From a virus (lineage: Duplodnaviria > Caudoviricetes), in IMG/VR virus record IMGVR_UViG_3300005253_000675, positions 1 to 63,816 of that record: a DNA stretch of 63,816 nucleotides; one strand, 5' to 3'. This document shows positions 56,640-63,816 of this stretch, one piece after another. Position 1 is the first letter of the stretch. Every line of letters starts with the position of its first letter. The notes under the pieces were generated by a model. It was not told where the DNA came from. It searched no databases and saw nothing but the letters and a program-made list of their open reading frames with translations. Position numbers and translations under genes: made by a program.

Positions 56640-57424
56640 GCCCTCCAGGTCAGCGCTACCAGGTTCGACGGGACGACTTCTTCTACCTGCTGGCTCAGGG
56701 GCTCATCCCCAAGGCGAGCGGCCTCAACAAGTTTGGCCGAAATCCCGACATCGACACCGGCACCCTGCCGGAGGACGTGTGGGACGCGGGCGGCGTCTGG
56801 GTGCCCCCGACCATCGCCCGCGTCCACGACCTGGTCAGCACGAGCGTCAACGACGCGGCGGGGGGAACCGGCGCACGAACGGTCCGGCTCACGGGCCTGA
56901 CCAGCTGGTCGGCGCTACCGGAGACTGAGGTGGTGACCTTGGACGGCACCACCCCCGTCGCGACCCTCAAGGCCTGGGTCGTGATCTACCGGATGGAGAC
57001 GCTCACGTTTGGCGGCACGCGGTCGAACGAGGGCGACGTCACGGCGACGGCTGTCGTGGACGCGACCGTCACGGCCCAGATCGGCGTGGGCTCGGGTCAG
57101 ACGCTCATGGCCATCTTCGCGATCCCGTCGGCGCAGAAGCTCTTTCTCACGAGATACTACATAGGATGGGTTCGAAGCGCCGCGGCGGCCAACAGCGCTG
57201 ACCTGGACCTGTTGGTGAACCTTCGACCTGACCAGGCAGACGGCGGCTTCGTCACGAAACACCACCTGGGCCTGTTCGGCTCGGGTACCACGCATATCCC
57301 CCATGAGTTCAAGCCCTACCTCGTCATCCCCGGGCCGGCGATCATCAAGCTACAGGTGACGGACGTGAGCGCGAGCAACACGAGCATCACGGGCGGCTTC
57401 GACGGCGTAGTCGTGGAGGTGTGA
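56636..57424 (+). CDS. Putative virion protein
   Basis: NKFGRNPDID..EDVW, GTGARTV. Confidence 0.75.
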   Translation: MSPPGQRYQVRRDDFFYLLAQGLIPKASGLNKFGRNPDIDTGTLPEDVWDAGGVWVPPTIARVHDLVSTSVNDAAGGTGARTVRLTGLTSWSALPETEVVTLDGTTPVATLKAWVVIYRMETLTFGGTRSNEGDVTATAVVDATVTAQIGVGSGQTLMAIFAIPSAQKLFLTRYYIGWVRSAAAANSADLDLLVNLRPDQADGGFVTKHHLGLFGSGTTHIPHEFKPYLVIPGPAIIKLQVTDVSASNTSITGGFDGVVVEV

Positions 57425-58212
57425 TGAGCGTCGAGACCGAGCTGACGAACGTGACCAAGGTGGAGGTGAGGTTCAACCTAGCCAGCCTCTCTAACGTAGA
57501 GATGCTGCCAGGTCTAGTGCCGCTGGAGCTGCCGCGGCTCGGTGACCTCACGCTCTACTACGACCCTCTAGAGCAGGGCGACCTCTCGATCATCGAGGAC
57601 GTGGTCAGCGGGGAGAGCATGACGCGGATCCCCTCGCTCGACTTCTCGTACAACGCCAGCCCGCCGTCCGTCGACCTGGCCGTGGGCACCGACGCTCGGA
57701 ACCTGCTCGTGGACCCGTCGCTCATCCGCGCCGGCGCCGACGGTATCCAAACCATCATGATGCTGCTGAAACCTGACGGCGTCATCGCCGACCAGTACGC
57801 GTTGGACTACGGGACCAACGGAAACACCATCCTCCTGGGATTCGTCGACAGCCGCTGGGAGTTCTTCGTCGGCGTCGGTGACTTCACGGGCGACGACCCG
57901 CGGACGGGCACGCAGATGGTCGCCACCGCGGGGGCGTGGCAGACCGTGTGCTACACGGTCGACGTGGACGGGGCCGGCAAGCAGAGCGGCTACCTCGACG
58001 GCGCGCTGGCCGTGGGTCCGCTCAATAAGACGTTCGACCTCACCCAGGCGGCCGCGGTGCTGGACCTGGGTCACACCAACGGCGCGGCCGACCTCGTGGG
58101 CGAGTTCGGGGCCTACCTGCACTGGACGGTCGCCCTGACGGCCGCCGAGGTCGCCCAGGCCCACAATTTCCTGCGAGCCATCAACGCGGGCTACGGACTA
58201 ACGGAGGCGTAG
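57421..58212 (+). CDS. LamG/ConA-like protein
   Basis: WQTV..T..YLDG..LG. Confidence 0.7.
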   Translation: MMSVETELTNVTKVEVRFNLASLSNVEMLPGLVPLELPRLGDLTLYYDPLEQGDLSIIEDVVSGESMTRIPSLDFSYNASPPSVDLAVGTDARNLLVDPSLIRAGADGIQTIMMLLKPDGVIADQYALDYGTNGNTILLGFVDSRWEFFVGVGDFTGDDPRTGTQMVATAGAWQTVCYTVDVDGAGKQSGYLDGALAVGPLNKTFDLTQAAAVLDLGHTNGAADLVGEFGAYLHWTVALTAAEVAQAHNFLRAINAGYGLTEA

Positions 58213-58216
58213 ACGT

Positions 58217-58588
58217 ATGAGCCAGTGCCAGACGTTTAACTTTCAGGCAGGGCAGGTCAGAGCCCGGATCATCCTGGCGGTAAAGACACGGGATCCCATC
58301 ACCCAGCTCCTGTCCGCCCTGGACCTGTCGGCCGCCACCCAGTTCGACGTCACGATCAAGAAGCCGTCCGGTGGCAAGGTCACCTATCTGTCCGGGCCCG
58401 GTGAGGTGATCTTCACCCCACCGCCCGACGGGACAGGGGACGGCACCGACGGCCTCATCGAGGCGGCTACCCTCCTCGCGACCGACCTGGACGAGGCCGG
58501 CACCTACCTCGTCCAGGCTGAGATCACGGACGCCGGGATCGACGGCTTCACGCAGGTCGGGTCGTTCACGGTGGGGGCGAACCTATGA
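58217..58588 (+). CDS. BppU-N-like virion protein
   Basis: DLS.A..KKPSG, DLDEAG.Y..Q, F.V..NL. Confidence 0.7.
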   Translation: MSQCQTFNFQAGQVRARIILAVKTRDPITQLLSALDLSAATQFDVTIKKPSGGKVTYLSGPGEVIFTPPPDGTGDGTDGLIEAATLLATDLDEAGTYLVQAEITDAGIDGFTQVGSFTVGANL

Positions 58589-59277
58589 TGAAGGCCCAGC
58601 AGCTCGTCATCCTGGTCCTGGCGGTGGTCGTCACCGTCGGGGCCACCCGGTTCGTGGACGGCTTCGGTCGCCGCGGCCTCCAGCACGCCCTGGACACGCT
58701 CGCCTCCAACGAGATCCTGCGGCGCGCGGCCGACTCGCTACGGTGGGAGGTCCAGCTCGCGACCATCTCCGACGACCTCGGGGACCAGCTCCGCGCCGCG
58801 TCCGACTCGACCGGCAGCCTCGAGGACCGGACAGCCGTCCTGATCGCCAAGGTGGAGAGCCTCCAGGGCCGCGTCCAGCAGGCGACCGAGGTGAGCGTCA
58901 GCCTGATCGCCGCGCTCCGGACCGACTCCGCCTGGGCCGAGGTCTTCGCCGCCGCCCCGGACGCGCTGCCCGACTCCATCACGTCGCCGTACGACGACGG
59001 CCTCCTCTCGGGCCGCATCGCGTTCTATCCCCCTGTCACCGAGTTCGGCCTGGAGTACACGGCCCAGATCAGGGGGACGCTCGTGACCGCGGAGCTGCCG
59101 GACGGACGCTGGTCCGTGTTCGCTGCGGCCGAGGACACGGCCCGCGTCCGGTTCGACCTGCCGCGCGTCTTCATCGACCCGGCCGACCCGGTCGCGTACT
59201 GCTCCATCGTACAGCGCGGGAGGTGGGGCGGGCTCGGTGGGCTCATCGGCTATCTGGTGGGCTCGTTCGGCGGCTGA
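58585..59277 (+). CDS. Membrane-anchored coiled-coil protein (spanin-like)
   Basis: N-terminal TM, coiled coil, hydrophobic Gly-rich C-terminus. Confidence 0.55.
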   Translation: MMKAQQLVILVLAVVVTVGATRFVDGFGRRGLQHALDTLASNEILRRAADSLRWEVQLATISDDLGDQLRAASDSTGSLEDRTAVLIAKVESLQGRVQQATEVSVSLIAALRTDSAWAEVFAAAPDALPDSITSPYDDGLLSGRIAFYPPVTEFGLEYTAQIRGTLVTAELPDGRWSVFAAAEDTARVRFDLPRVFIDPADPVAYCSIVQRGRWGGLGGLIGYLVGSFGG

Positions 59278-59397
59278 GCTTGGTGGGGTGCGTGCGGCGG
59301 GCAGGATCGCGAGAGCGGCCGCGCCACGTAGCGCGTACGACGTGCGGGGACCACCTGGAGTGGTAGCGTCAGGGCGAGATACCCGGACGGCGTGAGC

Positions 59398-59444
59398 ACA
59401 AACGAAACAACCCCGGACGTCTAAGAGATTCAGACGCCCGGGGT
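59398..59444 (-). terminator. Rho-independent terminator for the right accessory arm
   Basis: ACCCCGGGCGTCT/AGACGTCCGGGGT stem + TGTTTCGTTTGT on the minus strand. Confidence 0.8.
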
Positions 59445-59474
59445 CCGGCCTCGCTGGGAGGGCTGGTTCGAGGC

Positions 59475-59666
59475 TCAGTCAGCGACCTCCACGGTGCAGC
59501 CCCACACGTCACAGACGCCGGTCATGTCGCCGTCCTTGTCATGGCGAGGGACGGCGCCCAGCTGGGCGATCCGGTCTGAGAGCGCGTCGCTGAAGTGTTC
59601 CTCCAGTGCCTCCACGGCCTTGAGGTCGTCACCCTTGATGGTGATGGTCACGGTACGTATCTTCAT
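59475..59666 (-). CDS. Hypothetical protein
   Basis: ATGA coupling. Confidence 0.6.
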   Translation of the reverse strand: MKIRTVTITIKGDDLKAVEALEEHFSDALSDRIAQLGAVPRHDKDGDMTGVCDVWGCTVEVAD

Positions 59667-60448
59667 GAGATCTTCTTGGTCTCGCTGAAGTCGCCCTCGT
59701 TGACGCCGCGGCCGGCGACGTCCACCTTGCTGCCGGCGCGTTGTCCGTCCTGCATACCGCGGTAGTTGCTCGTTCTCTTGGTGGTGAGGAACCGCGCCTT
59801 GCTGTATTCCTGGTGGCTCATCCACTCCTGGACCGCGTCCGCCTCGTCGTCTAGCCGGACGAGGGCGGTGTTGCTGGCGTACTGGACCTTGATCTCGTCC
59901 CGCTGCTCACGGAGGCGCCGCTGCACCTCAGCGACGAAGGCCTGCCGCCACGACTCCTTGAAGCCCAGTGCCTCGGTGACGGTGCGCTTCTCGCCGGGTG
60001 CCCGGCGGCCGCTGGTCCGGTTACCGTAGAAGACCTTGCGGTAGTCGCGCTCGCTCATGTTGACCACGAACCGAACGAGGAAGGCGGCGAGGTACGAGGC
60101 GATCTCCACGTTACCCTTGCGACCGATGATGTCGTAGGTGTTTCCGCCGCAGAGAATAATGCGGCAGTTTTGGCTTCGGCAGATGGAGCCGATCAGCTGC
60201 TCCATCCACTTGACCCGTACCTTGGAGTGTTTGATGTCGTGCTCTTCCGGCCAGAAGTGAAAGGCTCCGATTGGCTGGCCCGCCTTGCGCTCGGTCCAGT
60301 CGATGGCGCTCAGCTCCAGCTGCTCGCGGGCGGCGATCTCGGCGGCCTTGGCGGCGAAGGCCGCGGCCTCGGCCTGGGTGGTCGCGTCGTCGTTGGCCTG
60401 GGCCAGCAGCTTCTTGATGAGGTCGATGGTCTTCTCTTGCGGCGTCAT
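59663..60448 (-). CDS. DUF2786-like protein
   Basis: IKKLLAQA..EAAAF.AKA; ESW..AF; G...G. Confidence 0.8.
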   Translation of the reverse strand: MTPQEKTIDLIKKLLAQANDDATTQAEAAAFAAKAAEIAAREQLELSAIDWTERKAGQPIGAFHFWPEEHDIKHSKVRVKWMEQLIGSICRSQNCRIILCGGNTYDIIGRKGNVEIASYLAAFLVRFVVNMSERDYRKVFYGNRTSGRRAPGEKRTVTEALGFKESWRQAFVAEVQRRLREQRDEIKVQYASNTALVRLDDEADAVQEWMSHQEYSKARFLTTKRTSNYRGMQDGQRAGSKVDVAGRGVNEGDFSETKKIS

Positions 60449-60492
60449 GTCTCTGTCTCCTGTCTGGTTTCGCTGTCAACTGTCTATATGAA

Positions 60493-60521
60493 AAGATACC
60501 ACCTCCAGAGAAGTTAGTACA
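60493..60521 (-). promoter_or_regulatory. Cassette-type promoter, copy 3
   Basis: TGTACT-N17(..TCTGGAGGTGG)-TATCTT. Confidence 0.8.
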
Positions 60522-60551
60522 CCATATCCCTCCCTCTATATCCCTCAGCCC

Positions 60552-61697
60552 TCAGATGTGGCAGTCCACGATCGTCAGCCGCGCGCCGTCGGGCAGCGAG
60601 TCCAGCAGCTCGGCGAGCCGGGTCTCCCACTCCTGCGGGTCCACCTCGTCGCTGACCACGGCCCACGAGCCCATGGCGCCTCGCTCGTGCCACGTGCCGT
60701 CCTTCACCACCGCGTGAACGGAGAGGGCGCGGTCTCTCGCCCGCTGGACGTAGTCCTCGCGGGCCGTCGTCCAGACGCCGCTGTCCGCCGCGAGGTACGT
60801 CTTCGCCGAGAACGCCCACGCCGTCACGTCCCTTACCGCGGGCTGCTCGCGGTAGCTGGTCGCCGCCTCCTCGCGGCTGAGCTTCCCCGCGTCCAGCTCG
60901 GCGAGGAACGCCGTCCAGGGGGTGAACTCCCGGCCGGCGATCACCCCCTGGACGGCGTCCCACAGGGCGCCGGCGTCGGCGCCGGCCGCCACCCGCATCG
61001 TCTCCACGTCCACGTCGCGCTTGAGGGCCGAGTCCGCGCGGCCCGGGCCCGCTGGCCTCGTCCGCATCCCGGGCTCACCGACCTCGCCCTCGCCGCCGTC
61101 CCTCAAGAGGAAGTAGCCGGTCCACCGCCCGCCGACGAGGTACCAGTCCCACTGGGCGTTGGGGTTCGTGCGCCGAACGGTCTTGACGACGGCGCCCACC
61201 TCGTCCACGAGCGTATAGCCGTACTTGTGCTCGCCCTCCGTGTCCGGCTCCTCGCCGTGGGCGACGAGCGCGCGGTCATACCACTCCACGCAGAACTCTG
61301 GGAAGGAGCGTCGCTCGCTGGTCGGCAGGTCAGCCTCCTCCCAGCCGGCCGGCACCTCGTGGACCTGGGTGCGGTAGCCGCGGCCGTCGTCCCAGTCGTG
61401 CGACGTCCACTGGAGGCCCTTCCCGTTCCCGCCGGTCCCCCCGAGCGGGCCGATCTCCGTGGCCTCCGTGAGGGTGGGCTCGCGGTAGCAGGCCGGGGCG
61501 AAGCGGCTGACCCACTCGTGGTCGGCGTCCTCGCGGACCAGCGCGTCCGTGTGCCTGCAGTATGCGGTCCAGGCGTCGTCGGTCTCGTTCAGCTCCTGGA
61601 CGTGTTGGTCGTCTTGTCCCGTACACTCAAACTCGTGGAACGGGGCCAGCTGGTCCTCGACGTCGTCGCCGATCACCAGCACGGGGAAGTGTGACAT
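60552..61697 (-). CDS. Conserved phage hypothetical protein
   Basis: MSHF.VLV, NPNA.WDWY.VGGRW.G, G.WHE.G.MG, VDCHI. Confidence 0.85.
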   Translation of the reverse strand: MSHFPVLVIGDDVEDQLAPFHEFECTGQDDQHVQELNETDDAWTAYCRHTDALVREDADHEWVSRFAPACYREPTLTEATEIGPLGGTGGNGKGLQWTSHDWDDGRGYRTQVHEVPAGWEEADLPTSERRSFPEFCVEWYDRALVAHGEEPDTEGEHKYGYTLVDEVGAVVKTVRRTNPNAQWDWYLVGGRWTGYFLLRDGGEGEVGEPGMRTRPAGPGRADSALKRDVDVETMRVAAGADAGALWDAVQGVIAGREFTPWTAFLAELDAGKLSREEAATSYREQPAVRDVTAWAFSAKTYLAADSGVWTTAREDYVQRARDRALSVHAVVKDGTWHERGAMGSWAVVSDEVDPQEWETRLAELLDSLPDGARLTIVDCHI

Positions 61698-61700
61698 GGG

Positions 61701-62111
61701 TCAGTCTCCTGTCTCTGAGAGGGTGGGGAACGAGGCACGTCGGTTCCAGGCGTTGAACACGTGGAGGCGGTTCTCGTGATGGACGGCCTGCTTCTGGGAG
61801 TGCTCCTTGCCGTAGATGTCTGTCCACGTATGGGTCCGGTGGCCGTCTCGCGTTGGTCCGCTGGCGTCGCAGTTGGGGCACCATAGAGAGCCGGGATCGC
61901 CCGTCTCCGCCGGCTCAAAGAACGTGGGCTCCTCGCCGCAGAACGGGCAGGGCTTCGCGTACTTGGTCCGGCACCGCTGGCGCTGGGGCTCGGCCCAGAC
62001 GGCCGAGACGGTCAGCGCGTCGCTGACCCTCACGTTACACAGAGGCAAGCCCTCGTCGTCCAGATAGTGAGTCTGGCCGGTAGGGCTCGCCCCAACTCTC
62101 GGGGCTGTCAT
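61701..62111 (-). CDS. Lar-like (restriction alleviation) Zn-ribbon protein
   Basis: KPCPFCG..C..C.A.GP..AWNRR. Confidence 0.65.
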   Translation of the reverse strand: MTAPRVGASPTGQTHYLDDEGLPLCNVRVSDALTVSAVWAEPQRQRCRTKYAKPCPFCGEEPTFFEPAETGDPGSLWCPNCDASGPTRDGHRTHTWTDIYGKEHSQKQAVHHENRLHVFNAWNRRASFPTLSETGD

Positions 62112-62359
62112 ATTGACTCTGTCTCCTGTCTAGAGGTCGTTCAACCTACGCGTCTCTCCCACGGACGACCACCTTCTATACGTTGTCCATGCTGTGATGG
62201 TAGAAGCCCTCGGCGATCGCGACGTCATACAGCTCGCCGGTCAGCCCCTCAAAGTCCTCGCTCACGCGGCACAGCTCCACGTGGAGCTTGGGGTTGGCGT
62301 CGCTCCAGTCGAAGAAGAACCGGAGGACGTCGTCGAGCTGCCTCTTGGTGGTGGCCGTC

Positions 62360-62563
62360 TCAGGCCCCCTCCTGTAGGCCGAGCGCACCGGCGATCTCGT
62401 TCAGCTTCTCGGACACGTATCCCATGGTGCCGACGTGCGCCCAGTTGACGTCGTCGGTCTCGGCCTCGTTCGCGCGGCTGTTGAGTTCGAGGTAGATCTG
62501 GCGGGCGAGCTTCTCGTTCTCACCGCTAATCTCGATGAAGCGCTCTCTGGCGGTCTTGGTCAT
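62360..62563 (-). CDS. Small phage protein
   Basis: Leader RBS; VNWAHVG. Confidence 0.7.
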   Translation of the reverse strand: MTKTARERFIEISGENEKLARQIYLELNSRANEAETDDVNWAHVGTMGYVSEKLNEIAGALGLQEGA

Positions 62564-62601
62564 CTGTCTGTCTCCTGTCTGGTGGACGTTGCTCATACTA
62601 A

Positions 62602-62630
62602 AATATACCACCTCTAGAGAAGTCTGTACA
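62602..62630 (-). promoter_or_regulatory. Cassette-type promoter, copy 4
   Basis: TGTACA-N17(..TCTAGAGGTGG)-TATATT. Confidence 0.8.
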
Positions 62631-62642
62631 CTATATCCCTCA

Positions 62643-62682
62643 CCTCAGATGTGGCAGTCCACGATCGTCAGCCGCGCGCCGT
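62643..62682 (-). repeat. 40-bp exact copy of 60550-60589 (orphan gene 3' end)
   Basis: CCTCAGATGTGGCAGTCCACGATCGTCAGCCGCGCGCCGT present twice. Confidence 0.95.
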
Positions 62683-62783
62683 TGAGCTATCCGGCGAGGT
62701 GGCGGTGTACGCGCGGCCTCATGGGCGGACGTTGCCCAGGAACTTTCTCATGATCTCCACGTACCGGGCCGCGGGTGACCGTC

Positions 62784-63116
62784 TTAGGCTACCTCCTGGA
62801 TAAGGTTATTGACAACGTACCGCTTGGCGGCCTTAAAGGAGCGGAAGATCTTGCTCCGAACCTCTACCGGGTAGGGCTCACCGCTGATCTTATCGACGGC
62901 ATCAAAGGCGAGAAGACCCGCGCGGCAGCCGTCGTCCGCCCAGTAGTTCCAGCGCGGGATCTCCATGTAACCCTGATGGTCGGCGCTGATCAGGCCGACC
63001 CGCTCACCGTCCACTAGGACCGCGTACTGTCCAGGCTGGTGGCCGATAGAGGAACGGTCGCCGAAGGTAACGAAGGCCTTGGCGATCTTCTTGAAAGTAA
63101 TGGTCCGGTTGGTCAT
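62784..63116 (-). CDS. Hypothetical protein
   Basis: Leader RBS. Confidence 0.7.
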   Translation of the reverse strand: MTNRTITFKKIAKAFVTFGDRSSIGHQPGQYAVLVDGERVGLISADHQGYMEIPRWNYWADDGCRAGLLAFDAVDKISGEPYPVEVRSKIFRSFKAAKRYVVNNLIQEVA

Positions 63117-63154
63117 CTCTCTGTCTCCTGTCTGGTGTGCGTTGCTCATACTAA

Positions 63155-63183
63155 AATATACCACCTCTAGGGGTGTAGGTACA
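63155..63183 (-). promoter_or_regulatory. Cassette-type promoter, copy 5
   Basis: TGTACC-N17(..CCTAGAGGTGG)-TATATT. Confidence 0.8.
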
Positions 63184-63186
63184 TGG

Positions 63187-63702
63187 TTATTTATCAGACG
63201 CATAGACGCCTCGTCGCCCTCCCCAAGGGTGATGCGAAGCCTTGATCTTGGCTAGGCATGCTGGGCACTCCAGCTTGGGTCGTCCACGTCCATCGTACGG
63301 CGCCTCGTCGCCGCAGCATCGACACATTGGAGGTTGACATCTGATCCCCACGTGCCTCGTCTGATAGTCGTGTTTGTACTGCCGAGCGGCTGGACGCCGG
63401 TTCTTATTGTAGCGGCGCTTGTGCCGTCTCCAATACCGGCGTTGCCTCTCTCGTGTCTCCTCTGGGATCAGCCGTCGGCGTCTGTCTTTCATAGCCTTCT
63501 TACAGGCCGCACATCTGAGCGCCACCCTCAGCCGACCCTCTACCCGATTCGGGCAGTCCTGACACAGGCCGCGTCGTCGTCGAGCCTCACAGCCACAGGT
63601 GAGACCGCCCTCGCGTACGACGCCCATGCCGTCGGTCTCGAAGCTGACGGCCTGACGTTTCCTACAGTGCTTGCACGTGAGAAAGGTCTTCTCCATCACC
63701 AC
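63187..63702 (-). CDS. Basic multi-CxxC Zn-finger protein, paralogue of 30487-30990
   Basis: Colinear motifs over the full length; GGGAGGT RBS. Confidence 0.8.
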   Translation of the reverse strand: MVMEKTFLTCKHCRKRQAVSFETDGMGVVREGGLTCGCEARRRRGLCQDCPNRVEGRLRVALRCAACKKAMKDRRRRLIPEETRERQRRYWRRHKRRYNKNRRPAARQYKHDYQTRHVGIRCQPPMCRCCGDEAPYDGRGRPKLECPACLAKIKASHHPWGGRRGVYASDK

Positions 63703-63758
63703 TGAACGACCTCCCTCTCGGGGTCTCCCCCTGGTCGCCGGCGACCCGGCCGAAGGTC

Positions 63759-63816
63759 GGGGGGGGGGGGGGGGGCGCCCCCCCCCCCCCCGGTGCCCCC
63801 CCCCACCTCGGGGGCG
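63759..63816. repeat. Poly-G / poly-C low-complexity end
   Basis: G-run followed by C-runs. Confidence 0.9.

Noticed and set aside
298-61694. Many long antisense or alternate-frame ORFs (e.g. 9726-11786, 21156-22865, 35097-37034, 44285-46192)
   Set aside because: Shadows of GC-rich coding genes: Arg/Gly/Pro-rich or antisense patterns, with no motifs or RBS
62176-62388. 70-aa ORF as an intact gene
   Set aside because: No convincing start or RBS outside the upstream gene; may be a decapitated remnant
60450-63183. CRISPR array or integron attC interpretation of the repeats
   Set aside because: Spacing is 0.5-2 kb, the repeats contain promoter and RBS elements, and no cas or integrase gene is present
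1-63816. Genome-wide TAG recoding
   Set aside because: Core genes (MCP, SNF2, DUF932) end sensibly at TAG and are not fragmented; no suppressor tRNA seen
1-63816. Prophage with att sites
   Set aside because: No integrase, clear CI repressor or flanking host genes were recognised

Overview
The window looks like an essentially complete, GC-rich tailed dsDNA phage genome (siphovirus-type), probably a circular map broken at a poly-C/poly-G tract. No integrase, tRNA or CRISPR array was seen. All family assignments come from motifs read by eye; no database search was run. Layout: (1) a minus-strand replication and nucleotide arm at 91-15342, with PolA carrying an HNH intein, ThyX, a thymidylate-synthase homologue fused to endonuclease VII, a dNMP kinase fused to a UDG-like domain, an NTP pyrophosphatase fused to an NDT-like domain, an atypical C5 methyltransferase, UvrD, a primase, an SSB-like protein, a GIY-YIG endonuclease and SNF2; (2) accessory genes at 15.5-28.9 kb, including dCMP deaminase and an aGPT-Pplase1/5-hmdU DNA kinase-like gene; (3) a plus-strand packaging, head, tail and lysis arm at 29.4-59.3 kb; (4) promoter-headed accessory cassettes at 59.5-63.7 kb. 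The strongest candidate for a new system is a pyrimidine hypermodification pathway that combines a TS homologue with the dCMP-type Asp residue and an enzyme family known from 5-hmdU chemistry. Second is a repeated promoter-leader-RBS cassette with a visible recombination scar. Also notable: an Arg-rich peptide, structured RNA and Zn-finger insert between the terminase genes; two distal-tail paralogues; nested duplicated scaffold starts; and possible host and ancestry clues.
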